DNA of 64,000 bases from Blastocladiella emersonii ATCC 22665. Lineage: Eukaryota; Fungi; Blastocladiomycota. Below the pieces are notes generated by a model. That model worked only from the letters and a program-made list of their open reading frames with translations, did no database searches and was not told the DNA's origin. The stretch lies in assembly GCA_025594325.1 (NCBI GenBank), contig JANHCV010000011.1, positions 992,001 through 1,056,000 of the forward strand, given 5' to 3'. Shown one piece after another: positions 7,187 to 19,493 of the stretch. Each line of letters opens with the position of its first letter. The stretch's first letter is position 1. Position numbers and translations under genes: made by a program.

Positions 7187-7811
7187 CAGATCGACTTGCA
7201 GCTGTGCTCAGGGACCAGACCAGGGAACTCTGTCAGTGGGTAGCCGCAGCTGCGCTGCTCTTCGTCTCGCTGCGCTCGCCGGCTGCCGCCGACCGCTCGG
7301 GGTAAGCAATGGTCAGCCTGAGTGGTTGGTCAGGGACGGGCTCAGGGATCTGCTCTCGGACTTGTCTCGCAGATCAACTCGCAGATCGACTCGCAGCCGT
7401 GCTCAGGGACCAGACCAGGGAACTCTGTCAGTGGGTAGCCGCAGCTGCGCTGCTCTTCATCTCGCTGCGCTCGCCGGCCGCCGCCGACCGCTCGGGGTAA
7501 GCAATGGTCAGCCCAAGGGGTTGGTTAGGGACGGGCTTGGGGGTCAGGTCAGGGACTCACTCCTGGACCGCTCGCCCCTCCCTTCCACCCACCCTCCCGC
7601 CCACCTGCTTTGGCCTTCGGCCTCCGTCCGCGTGTCGTGTTCCCTAAGGGAACACGACATTTGAATCCAACATTTTATTAACCACCTGGGGTAAGCAACG
7701 GGGTCTCACGTGGTTACCCCGAGTGACTGTCGCCGACCGCTCGGGGTAAGCAATTGGTCAGCCCGAGTGGCAGTGGGTCAGCCCATGTCGTATCCCTTAA
7801 GGGATACAACA
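7187..7811. repeat. Direct repeats at ~195-bp period plus two related palindromes
   Basis: 7187-7318 is nearly identical to 7382-7513. GGGGTAAGCAA occurs at 7299, 7494, 7688 and 7743. Palindromes lie at 7633-7659 and 7786-7811. Confidence 0.85.
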
Positions 7812-10800
7812 CATACGCCGTCCCCACAAGCACACGCAACTGCATGAAATCACCATGGACCGTCAGGCTGTCGCTCTTGCAGTGGTTTACGTCACGTTTG
7901 CGGCGGTTTTAGTCGCGTTGTACCAACAGCAGCGCTGCAGCCTGCACGCGGGCCGCGAGATCATCACGGGCCTGCTCGGTAGCGGCGCGCGAGGCCCGAG
8001 CGGCAGCAGTCGCAGCCTTCGCCGCACCGGTGAGACGCTTTTCATGCGCGCACAGCTCGTTGTAGGGTCTCTGGGCCATATCGGCCCATGGCAACAAAGC
8101 GAAGCGAGCGGGCAGGGAAGCCGAGCAAAGGACGCAGCGCGCGGCGTCCGCCACGTTTTCAAGGCAGTGAGGGGGCGGATCGAGTTTGCGGGGCTGGGGG
8201 AGTTTGTCACAAAGGAGGCGGGCGCGGGCAGCGACGCTGTTGCCAGCAACAAGCTGAGTGGCTTGGAGGAGGGTCAGAGAGGGGTCGGCGCGGATGCGGG
8301 CTTTGAGAAGGATGAAGGCTGCAACGATGTACGGCACGGGCCAGGTCATGGTGAGGGATGGGTGGGATGGGGGATGGATGGGAGAGGGGGGGATCGGGCG
8401 AGGAGAAGGAAGATGGTCAAGCGCAGGTCATGGCGAGCGCCTGGCGGGGTCGCGCCAAGTTATATGAGCGAGGCGCGGCATCTGGACGCAAGTGCGCGGG
8501 CGGAGGGTGCCTGAGCCAGCAGCGGAGCCATGGTGATGAGTGGGCCTGCGAGCGCTGAAGGCCGCCACATCAGCACCGAGGAGCCAGTCCATGGCTGGGA
8601 GTGACGGGCTCCAAATTGGCGATGCGGGCGAGCTGCGTGAGAAGCAATGCATTGGTTCATAGGGCAATGGTTGGTGCAACCTCGGGAGCAAGAGCCGGCG
8701 AGGTCAGGCAGGATGACAACAACAGGGTGACAGGGTGGCGGCAGCCCATTGGTGGCGGCTGCAAGACAGCGCGAATCAGGCACGTGCCCCAAAACCGCGG
8801 GAACCGCCAGGTGTCCGCCGCGCTCACCACTTTCACGCCGCGCTCCACGCCGCGCCTGGTCCGGAAAAAATTCTGACCAATCAATTTTTTTCTCTCACTG
8901 CGCAACCTCTCCATTGGCTGGCGCAGATGCAAGTTGCTGCAGCTGAACGCCACAGCGAGTTGCCCAGCTCCCCAAGGGTTGACACGTAACGCCCGGGTGA
9001 GCGCCGAGTCAAACCGCCAAGCTGAAACCTGTGCGCTGCGACTGGCTGCGCGACTTGTTGGTCACTCGTCTCCGTTTCCATCGCGTAACCACTACAGATC
9101 TTGTCACAAGGTCTTGAGATTAAAGTTCTATTCATTAAAGTATGCTCTGCGCATCTTGTGGTCTTTACTAAATTGCTGCAGCTTGATTGTGGGCCGAGAT
9201 CGGTGATGGTCGCGCGACCACAGCTGAGTCTGGGCGCGTTCAAGTCCACCTGCAGGTCGCAACGGGAGGTTTCTTGCGAATCCAAACACGCCATCGTGTT
9301 CGGAGCTCCTTTTTACATTGTAAAGCGTCTTCAATGGCCCCGCCCACTGGCAGGTCGGGTTCGCGCATCGATCGGTGCAGTAGACTTGCAACAGCTCAGT
9401 GCGAACCTGCAGGACGGGTTGACGCGGGCACCTTTTTCCACCCCCGCCGCTCCAAATTGTAACTGTGGGGTATTTGATGTCTACGAGCTCGATTTTTTGA
9501 GGTCCCGAGACCAGCTTGTGTGATATTATTTCGAGAAATCTAAGGTCAAACCGTGACAGATTGGTGCACCCGCTGGCAATGGCCCTAGAGACACGCTGCT
9601 GTTTATCGGCCAATAGGAGAGATGTTTGATGTAAGTTCGAACAAGTCTTCTGTTTGGCGGAAGTCGATCTGATGGGATTTGAGTCGGTACGCGACGAATC
9701 GGTGCTTACGCACGCGCAACCCTCTGCCGCGCACCCCAGGCATGCCGGGCATCCACAAATTGAGGTGAAGGTGAGCGAGATACGTATCTATAAAGCCTCT
9801 GTTTGGCCTGGACAGATTAAGTGAGATTTGAGTGTGCACGCGAGCCTCAAAGACTGCAGCTCCGCTCCGCCCGCTTGAACGCGCTCCACTCGATTTACTT
9901 CCCTCATTAACGATGTGGAGAAGTCGCGTCAAGTTATATGTTGCGTTCGTAGCGTGGATTTGTGTGCGGGTCGCTCGCTCGACGTGTGGCGGTTAAGGCG
10001 GGCCGCGATGCGCCACTCAGCCAAGCGCCACGCGGCGCAGCGCCACACGGCGTGAGTCGTCGCGATCGCTTTCTCTCCACCACCCCCGCCGCAGCTCATA
10101 CACCACTGCCGCGGTCGATACGACTCTGTGCACTGTATGCAACGAGTTCTTGAGGTACCAACCCGCCTCTCAGTTCAGCGGTAAGCCTCAGGGTCAGCGA
10201 TAGGACGACTTGCATGCCTTGAGCTTCTACGGCGGCGGCACACTTTTGCCCTGAGCGATCAGACGTCAGACCGTAGTAGTAGTTGAGCTATGTAAGCTTG
10301 AATATTCACCCAGCGGACTACATCGCGGCGGCGAACGCTAAGGCAGCGTTGAGTGAGGGTGGCAACGCCACAGCTGATGTCACATGACTGTCCCGCACTG
10401 CTCGCCCACCTGTCCGCCCACTCGCTCGCTTGCTTGTTTGCCGTGCCGCGCTGCTGCCGCCGCTTGTGTGCTTCCTTGACCCCTACTTGCAGCACAGGGC
10501 TGCAACACAACACCATGAACACTGGAAGGAACCACCAACGCTTTGCCCCAATCCTGGTCCAGACAAGCCTGGGCCTGCAAGCGATCATGAAGATCCTCTA
10601 CCAGGTCAGCAGGACGCGCGATGTTGTCCCTATTAAGAGCAGCGCCTCCTTCCTTGTTGCAGCAGCATCAGGGATGGAATGTTGTTGAGTCGAGCCCCAG
10701 ATTGGGACAGGTGAGCAAGTTGAAGGACTGGGAGTGTTTGTGGGATCTGCTGCAGTTCCCTGTCTTGAGTGCGTATCATGTTGAGGACCTTGAGATGGGC

Positions 10801-10814
10801 AGAGATCTGCTCAT

Positions 10815-11060
10815 GAGCTGATGTGCACCCATCAGCTTGTGAGCTGATGTGCACCCATAACCCGTGAGCTGATGTGCACCCATAACCTGTGAGCTGATGT
10901 GCACCCATCAGCTTGTGAGCCAATGTGCACCCATCAGCTTGTGAGCTGATGTGCACCCATCAGCTTGTGAGCCAATGTGCACCCATCAACTTGTGAGCTG
11001 ATGTGCACCTATCAGCTTGTGAGGTTATGTGCACCCATCACCTTGCAAGCTGATGTGCCA
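10815..11060. repeat. Minisatellite, ~9.5 copies of a 25-26-bp unit (GAGCTGATGTGCACCCATCAGCTTGT)
   Basis: Head-to-tail units without spacers; the consensus unit has an 8-bp internal stem AGCTGATG/CATCAGCT. Confidence 0.95.
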
Positions 11061-14000
11061 TAGATCTAGTTGTCAACAAACAGGTTGAGCTTATTGAGCC
11101 CCGCTTTACCTTATTCCTTCGTCCCATTGTTATTAATCCCAAGATCTTTCCTAGCCTGCAATAACAATGGTTGATCTCCTCAAACACAGGTTCCCGCACT
11201 GATACCCAGTACCTTGGCTTCTCAGGAAGCCAGTACCTTGTACCTACCCTCCCGCCAAAACCTCAATACCTTGTACCTTCCTGTGTAAAATGCTGGACAA
11301 TACCTACCCCAAGATCGCAGTACCTGATACCTTTGGGGAGGGTCCCTGAAAAAAAATTTCTGTACATTGTACCTCCAAAACTGAGCTGAAAAGGTGTATA
11401 CCTACCAGTTACCTACGGGTAGGTACTGAGTCCATGCAACCCTTGACTCGAGGGTACGCGACTTGCTCTCGCCATGCGCCACTCATGTGCCGTGGCACAA
11501 CCTGAAACACGGCCTGATCACTGACTTGATCACCTCGCCGTAGCGCTCTTTGAGTTGGTTGGCGTGTTCCGCAACCCAAACAACAACAACTCAGTCGTTG
11601 TGCAGTCCCTCCAACAACTCTACATAATCATGAACACGCGACCCGGCGGCGCAGGCTGTGGCTCAACTGATCTGCCTGCTCAAGTGCTGCAGGTGCCTAT
11701 GGGCTTGATGCCTGTGAGCGAGTACTCAATCAGGCTCACGGCCATGGCGTTTCCAGTGCACTTCCTGTACAGCGCTGGCGGGTTCAACCACAAGCGCGCA
11801 CCGTGGCGCAGCCACGCTCAAGCGCTCCTCCTAAACACAGACAGTCGTTTTGCTGAGCACAGCACCTTCATGTCTGTCGTGAACAACATGATCCTCAAGA
11901 AGCTCATTGGGTCTGAGACGTGGTGTTGTGTTCCTTGCACACTCTACAACACATCCGCAGCGACCATGGATGGCATCTTGCTTGCCACGCTGGACACAAA
12001 CCTTGAGCTTGCCAAGCAGGGTAAGACAGTGCAGCTCAATGGTCAAGTTTGTAGTCTCCTTCAATGGGTCCAGATCGCCGGCGCCCGCGCACCCAGATCT
12101 CCAAGCTGGCTGCAAACCAGGCGGCAGGAGATGCGCGCCCTGTTCTCTTCTTGGGCCTGCCAGACTTTTTTGTGACGCTCAACCCGTATGACGTCAACTC
12201 GCAAATTGTTGCCATCATGGCGGGTTTCTTGCGCAACTTTGTCATGGACATGGACAGAAAGTTTGCACAGGCGCACAAGCGTTGAGTGTTTGCGGCACGC
12301 AATCCAGTGGCTGCCAATTGGTTTTTTGACACAGTTGTCACAACCATCTTTGATGACCTGATCATGGGCACGTCTCAGTGACCCAGCGTTCTCAGTCCCA
12401 TTGAGAGGTACTATGGCATTGTCAAGTAGGGCATCGTGGCAAGCGTGGAGGGGAGGGGCAGGGGAGGGCGGGGATCTTATGGGAGGGAGGGGCCAGCGGA
12501 CGGGTGGGCGAGCAGCAGGGCAAGCAGCACGTTTGTGGAAGGTGGCGTTTGTTTGATTGCAAGCGCAGGCAGACGGATTTCAGAGTGGGAGGCGAGTTGT
12601 TACTTCAACACAGTCATCACAACAATCCTCAACAACCTGATCATGGGCACAGCTCAGCGACCTGGCGTTCTTGGTCCCATCAAGGGGTACTATGGCATCA
12701 TCGAGGCGCACGCAGGGGCGCAGCACGCTGCACATCCATGTCCTTGTCAAAAGCCCCAACGTGCCAAGTCAGGCCAAGATTGAACACAACATCCAGCTAC
12801 TTAGTCAACTGTACCTCGACTGCATCACTGCGTACCTTGATGGCGTTGTCAGCAACGGCCTATATTTGCTTGACAATAGACGCGTGTGCTGCGGCGTACC
12901 TCCCGCTGCAGCGCTGCCACTCACACAGTTCTTGTGTGCAAGTCAACGTGCAGCTGGTCTGCTCCACAACATGCAACCCGGCGAAGTGGCTCCGGTCTGG
13001 TGCACAACAGTTGGCAAGCTTGCAGGCACGTGGAAGCCCTTTGACCTCACGGGCAGCAAGCATCCAGCGTGGACCAGTTTGCCCAAGTTGTTTGACACAG
13101 CCATCAATGAACCACGCCCTCCAGGAAGGCATGATGCACAAGCACAGGTGCATGTGCTACAAGAACGTGCAGCCAGGTGAGCTGCTACTTTGTTGGTTCC
13201 ACTTTGGCACCAATGGCAAGATTGTCCACAAGGTGACGCTCATCAAGCTCGTTCCAGATCCAGAAACGGGTGAGCTCAAGGCTGTTGCAGTCCACTGGCG
13301 ATTGCACCACTGGATCAACTTGTACAACCTGACCATCCAAACATGGACATCAAGAACCTAGCCAGCTGCCAACCCCGCCAACGTCATCTACTACATCACC
13401 AACTACGTTGCCAACTTGCCACCATCCTTGTCCAACATGTACGCCCTCCTCAAGCATGCCAAGAAGCTGCGCAAGTGCCAACTCAACTTGGTGGTGCTGC
13501 TCCCTCTTGCAGCTGGCTCCATCCTGTGCGGACTTGTCAACTGCTCAACAACGTCTTGCAAAATCAGCAGCCAGCAGATTGCGCTTGACCTGATCCGCAA
13601 GGGCAAGGAGACGTGGGTATACACAACATACAGCTTTGCCCACATCCCCAACTACCAGCAACATGGCCTCAAAGCTTCTCTGCGTGTTTTGCAGGAACGC
13701 AATGCAGTTGCCCTTCATGAAGGGCTGGTGCGTACGCTTGTTGCAGCTGTACCCAAACTTGAAGACATAGATCATGGGGTGAACGCGCAAGATCAAAACC
13801 TCCTTGACGCGCGTCAAAATCTTGAGGCACTTGGGGCGATTGCCAGGATCGCCAATGTTTGCAGGGGAGATCACAGGCAGCTTGCCTCAGTCTAGTGAGT
13901 CCTTGCACGTCTTGTGGATGGCGCAGTCTATGCAAAGGGTGAGCAGGGTCAGAAGGATGAGAGGACGTACTGCCATCTAGAGCGATCCCCAGTGTTGTGC

Positions 14001-14375
14001 AGAGCAACGTTGTTCCACTCTGGCGGGATACTAGCCCGTCATGGCAGCCAGACATAAGGACAAGGCAGGCCAAACGTGCTGGGAACAGGGAGAGGGTTTG
14101 GCGCGGGCATGGACTTCAAGAGATTGAGGAACTTGGTGGTAGTGGCCGCCTTGGGCACCATCATGACTTGCAGCAACACTTGAGCATTGCGCACATGGTG
14201 CACGTCACCAGCGCAAGGTTCTTTAGAGACAAGTTGGCAGTTGACTCCTTGAGGAGTGTATGGTTCAGCGCTCAATCTCTTCAAGAACACGCTCAGGCAG
14301 GGCAGCGACTGGCACAGGTGGATCAACCACTTCTGCAACTACATGAACATGATGCCTGGCAAGCTAGTCAACAAT

Positions 14376-14549
14376 TGTAAGGTGCTGAGGGGGAGGGTCT
14401 TGCGCCACGAGGAATGACTAGCCGGATAATGAAGGATTGTATCACGAATGACAAGAGAGAGGGAGAGCGAGGGCAACGCTCGGCTTATGAGGGACTGCGC
14501 CACCAGCCCGCGCCACCAGCCCAAGCCGTCAGATCACTGAACCGTGACA
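14376..14549 (-). repeat. 3' LTR
   Basis: TGTAAGG...CCGTGACA; differs from the other LTR at 5 positions; abuts the polypurine tract (minus strand GGAGGGGGAAGGGGAGATAG). Confidence 0.95.
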
Positions 14550-17500
14550 CTATCTCCCCTTCCCCCTCCACAGGTCGGGTTTTGACAGGTTCTGCGCGTG
14601 GAACTCAGCAAGCAGCTCAAGGTGCTTGAGGTTCGCGTACGGCTCCCAGGTGTTGTTGTCCTCAGGGCAGCTGTGCCACTTGAGCAGGTACTTGACGCTG
14701 CAGCTGACCTTGCGCGCGTTGCAGATCGCCTCGACCATCCACTCCTCGTGCCCGTTGACGGCGTACAGCGTTGGCGGCGGCAGTGCGCGGCCCGGGAACG
14801 CCTCCTCGTTGTGCTTGTCAATTGGCTTGATGAGCGAGACGTGGAACATGGGATGGACGCGCGCCATGGTCGGCGGCAGCTCAAGCTCGATGGCCAATTT
14901 CCGGATGAGGCGCACAATCTTGAGCGGCTCCATGTACTTGGGCCCGAGCTTGGCCTTGGGCACGTTGACGCGCAGGTTCTTGGTGCTCAGCAGCACCATG
15001 TCGCCAACCTTGTAGTTGGGGCCCTTGTGGCGGCGGCAGTCAGCGTGCTTCTTGTACAGCTCCTTGGCGCGCTCGACCTTCTCGCGCAGCTTGCCCTGGA
15101 TGTCAGCGATGCGCTTGGCCAGCGCGGCGGCCGACGGGACCCAATCCAACCGCACTGGCGCGGCCAAGAGCCGCGGGTCAAACAAGTAGTTGGCCTTGAA
15201 CGGCGACATGCCCGTTGACTTGTTGACTGTGTTGTTGATGGCCATCTTGGCGTACTGCAGCAGCTCGGCCCAGTTTGACTGGTCCTCGTTGGCGAACATG
15301 CGCAGGTACACCTCAAAGGTCTGGTTCATGCGCTTGGTCTGCCCATTGGTCTGCTGGTACGCCGTTGAGAGCTTGGCCTTGATCTCAAGCGACTTGCACA
15401 TGGCTGACCAGAACCGCGACGTGAACTGCAACCCGCGGTCTGAGACAATGTCATCGGGCAGCCCGTGCAGCCACACCACGTGCTTGATGAAGGCGTTGGC
15501 AGTCGTGGCGGCCGTTGGGAGCGCGGCGAGCGGGATGAAGTGCGTCATCTTGGAGAACCAGTCGACCACGACCATGATGCACGTCATGCCCTTGCTGCGC
15601 GGCAGGTCCGTGATGAAGTCCATGGAGACCGACGACCACAGCCGCGACAGCGTGGGCAGTGGCTGCAGCTCGCCGTCGGGTCAATGACGCGGCACCTTGG
15701 CCCGCGCGCAGGTGAGGCACGACTTGACAAACAGGTCGACCTCGCGGCGCATCCTGGGCCACCAGTACGACCACTCGACCAGGTTGATGGTGCGCGCGAC
15801 GCCAAAATGTCCCGCGACCCGCGTTGAGTGCGCCTCCTTGAGCACGTGTGTGCGCGTGATGCCCGCAGGCACGTACAGCTTGGCCTCGCGCCAGATGAAC
15901 CCATCGAGGTCGACCTCGAGCTGCGGGTACTTGGCCTGGTTGCGCCGCACCTTCTGCGCGTACTTGTCGTCGCGCATGCCGTCCAGAATCGCCGTGTGGG
16001 TCGGGTTGCCGTCCTCCTCCCCCTTGCCATTGCCCGCTGACGTGCCCAGCGTGGCGCCAACCGTGAGCAACGTGGCGGGGACAATCGAGCGGCCAAGCAT
16101 TGGGTTGTCGCGCGCCTCGTAGTCAGCGCGGCGCAAGAGCGCGTTGGCGCGCCTGTTGATTGCGCCGGGCCGGTATGTGAACCAGAACAAAAACCGCTCA
16201 AGGAACAGTGCCCACTGCGCGTGCCGCTGCGACTTGACTGTCATGGTGCGAAAGTGCTCGAGGTTCTTGTGGTCTGTGTACACCTCAACCGGGTGCTGCG
16301 CGCCCTCGAGGTGGTGGCGCCAGATCTCAAACGCGACCTTGATGGCGAGCAGCTCCTTATCCAAGATGGGATAATTCAGCCCCGCCGCCTTGAGCGCGCG
16401 CAAGTGGAACGCGACCGGCCACAGCGTGCCCTCATTGTCAACCTGCGACAGGACGCACCCAATGGCGAAGTTGGACGCGTCGGCCTCAACAATGAACGGT
16501 TTTGAGGGGTCGGGGTGCGCGAGGAACTGGTCGGACGCAAACCACGTCTTGATGGCTGCAAAGGCCGCCGCCTCGGTGTCGCCCCACTGCCACGGCGTGT
16601 CTTTCTGCGTAAGACGGGTGAGCGGGATGGTCAGTTCCAAGAACTCGGGGATGAAGCGGCGGTAGCAGTTGGCGAGGCCCAGGAACGCCTGCACCTCCTT
16701 GACTGTCCGTGGCGCGGGCCACTCGGTCACGGCGCGGACCTTGGCCGGGTCCATCTCGACGCCCTCAGTGGTCAGGATGTGGCCGAGGTACTTGACGCGC
16801 GTCACGTCGAATTCGCACTTCTCAAGCTTGACATACAGCTTGTTGTTGGCGAGCCGCTGCAGCACCTCCTTGACAAGCGCTGTGTGCTCTTTGGGGTCCT
16901 CGCTGAAGAGGAGGATGGTGTCCAGGTACACGAGAACGCTGCGGCGGTCAAGCAGGTCGCGGAACACATTGTTGACAAACGCCTGGAACGCGGCCGGCGC
17001 GTTGGTCAGCCCAAACGGCATCACCATCCATTCATAATGTCCATAGCGCGTGCGGAACGCCGTCTTCCACTCGTTGCCCTCGCGGATGCGGACCAGGTTG
17101 TACGCGCCGCGCAGGTCGAACTTGGTGAAGATGCGCGCGCCCTGCACTTGGTTCATGAGCTCCACGATGAGCGGCAGCGCGTAGCGGTTCTTGACCGTCA
17201 GCGCGTTGAGGCGGCGGTAGTCCACGCACATGCGGCGCGACCCGTCCTCCTTGGGCACGAACATGATTGGCGCGCCAGCTGGCGACCGCAATGGGCGGAT
17301 GAAGCCGCGCGCGAGGTTCTTGTTGATGGTCTTGCGCAGCTCCTCAAGTTTGGGCTGCGACAGGGCGTAGATGGGCAGGAACGGCACCTTGGCGCCCTCA
17401 ATGAGCTCGATCTCGCAGTTGTACAGTTGGTGCGGCGGGAGCGCGGACGCCGCAGCGGCATCAAAGACATGCGCCCACTTGAGGTACTTGGCGGGCAGCA

Positions 17501-18200
17501 CGCGCTTCAGCGCCGCGTCATCTGGCGCCTTGGGCGGGCCGTGCGCCTCGTCCCACGCGAGCGGGTCAAGGTCGACGCGCAGTGCGACCGTGGCCACCGT
17601 GACGCGCTGGGCGGGTGGGCACCCGCAGCGACCAGTGCACGCGCCGTCAATCTTGACCGTGGCCAAGCGCGGATCCGGCTTCGCGCCGTTTGCGACCATC
17701 CATTCAAGTCCCATGATCACCGGAAACGCGGGAGAGTCAACAACGAGGAAGCGCGCAACCAAGCAATGAAGGCACGGAATGTTGATGGCGCGACCCGCGT
17801 CTCCCACCACGCGCTTCTGCTTGGACGCGTTGCCAGGAGGCACAACGCCGTCCGCGAACACGGTTTGGGATCCCGCGACCGCCGCGTGCAGGAACTTGGG
17901 GCGACGTGACGGACACGGCCGCGTGCACGTAATGCAAGATGTACTGGCGCTGGCCCGGCGCGGACCCGACAACACCGCAGAGGTTGATGCGACGCGCTAG
18001 GCGCTTCGGCATGAGCCCGGCCTGCTTGGCCACCCTGCGGCTGATCAGGTTAACCGGCGCGCCCATGTTGAGCATCATGAACGTTGGGATTGGCGCCGTG
18101 CGGAGCCCTGGATGCGCGAGGAGCCCGCTGAGGTGCAGGTGGTCCTGCGCCATCTCTAGACGCACAAGTGCACCAAAGTACGCAGCAACAGATTTTCCAT
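14550..18200 (-). pseudogene. pol (protease, RT, RNase H, integrase, chromodomain), frameshifted
   Basis: Degenerate protease LNMGA..NLIS and FLVV...VIMGLEW; RT SPAGAPIMFVPK..MCVDYRRLN, MPFGLTNAPA, YLDT (YxDD mutated); RNase H VEADASNFAIG; integrase H..GHFG/CxxC and MDFITDLP; chromodomain YLLKW...NTWEP. Confidence 0.92.
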
Positions 18201-18362
18201 TAGTCTTCTTATCATTCATGTTTTGTTTCTTCTTTTTGTTCATTTTTTTCTTCTTGTTGGCAGGCACTGACATCTTGTCCGCGGCGGCGGCCGCCGTGGC
18301 CATCGCTGTTGTACCACCCAAATCCGCAGGTTTTGGCTTTGAGGACGTCGCGGCCTGCTCTG

Positions 18363-19439
18363 CTACGCCCGACTGGCGTTTCCCGACGACAAGCGTGGGG
18401 GCGACGGGCAATCAGCCGCCTTGTGGCCGTAGCCCTTGCAGTTGTAGCACTTGATGTTGGTGAGGGCGCGGCCCTGGTGCGCCGCCGCCCGCTGCCAAAT
18501 CGCGCCAACGTCCATGGCGTCTGGGTCTGGGACGAGCTCGGCCGCGACGCCCGCCGCCCCGCCCTCGTGCACCAGGAAGTGCTTGACCATCTTGTCAAAA
18601 CAGCAGCCCTTGCGCAGCGAGGCGAAGGCCACGTCTGTGGCCAGCGGCGAGTTGCCGGCCGTGACCACCAGGTAGAACTGCATTGCCAGCTTGCTGAGCG
18701 CGCAGTAGCCTGCACCGGACGCGGTCTGGCGGAACTTGGAGACAAAATCGCGCGCTGGCATGGCGCTGCGCACGTACTTGAGGTTCTTGAGCTCATGCGC
18801 GTACTTGGTCTCCAACTTCTCGGCTGGCTGCGTCGACTTGACAAGGGAGATGTAGGCGTTGAACAAGCCGTAGTCCTCGAACTTGGACCCGGCCATTGCC
18901 AGCTCCATGGCCTTGAGCACCTTGCCCGTCAGCTTGCCGTGGAAGTGCGCAACCTTGAACTGCTCTGGGACGTTGAACGTGAGCTGGAGGATACTCTCGT
19001 ACTGCGTGATGGCGCTCTTGACCTTGAAGTTGACGCCGTCAACCAACTTCATGCGCATCAGCGCGTGCATTGCGGCCAGCGTGAAGCCATCAACGCCCAC
19101 GCCCGGCCTGCGCGCGCTGCTGACCTGGATGCTATCAAGCTCGCCCTGCAGGATACCGTTGAGCGGCTGGCTCTGCTGCGTCTGCCGCAGCTTGACCTTG
19201 AGCGCATACGCGCGGCGCTCCGCCGTCTCAGCACGCCGCTCAGCCGCGACCGCGTGGGCCTCGGTTGGCACTCCCAGTTGCCAGTAGTCGCTGGCGACGT
19301 TGAGCGCGAGGAAGACGAGCTTGGCTTTGTCCTTGTACGGCATGACCAGGTTGTGCCACGGCGCAAGCTGGTACTTGGGGACGATGGCCGCAACGTCAAA
19401 CGTCGCCAGTTTTTTGAGGAACTGTGCCGGCGTTATCAT
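18363..19439 (-). CDS. gag-like protein with CCHC zinc knuckle
   Basis: CYNCKGYGHKAADC knuckle, preceded by AMDVG; directly downstream of the 5' LTR/PBS. Start uncertain. Confidence 0.8.
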   Translation of the reverse strand: MITPAQFLKKLATFDVAAIVPKYQLAPWHNLVMPYKDKAKLVFLALNVASDYWQLGVPTEAHAVAAERRAETAERRAYALKVKLRQTQQSQPLNGILQGELDSIQVSSARRPGVGVDGFTLAAMHALMRMKLVDGVNFKVKSAITQYESILQLTFNVPEQFKVAHFHGKLTGKVLKAMELAMAGSKFEDYGLFNAYISLVKSTQPAEKLETKYAHELKNLKYVRSAMPARDFVSKFRQTASGAGYCALSKLAMQFYLVVTAGNSPLATDVAFASLRKGCCFDKMVKHFLVHEGGAAGVAAELVPDPDAMDVGAIWQRAAAHQGRALTNIKCYNCKGYGHKAADCPSPPRLSSGNASRA

Positions 19440-19493
19440 CTTGCCGTCGTGGAAGAAATCACCGCTTGGAGGGGGTTTTACGGTGATACAAAG

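Noticed and set aside
8500-10800. Possible DNA transposon or gene remnants
   Set aside because: No TIR pair, TSD or protein motif could be supported; the ORFs are short and lack consistent codon bias.
10815-11060. CRISPR-like array
   Set aside because: Units are contiguous with no unique spacers, there are no cas genes, and the context is eukaryotic; it is a minisatellite.
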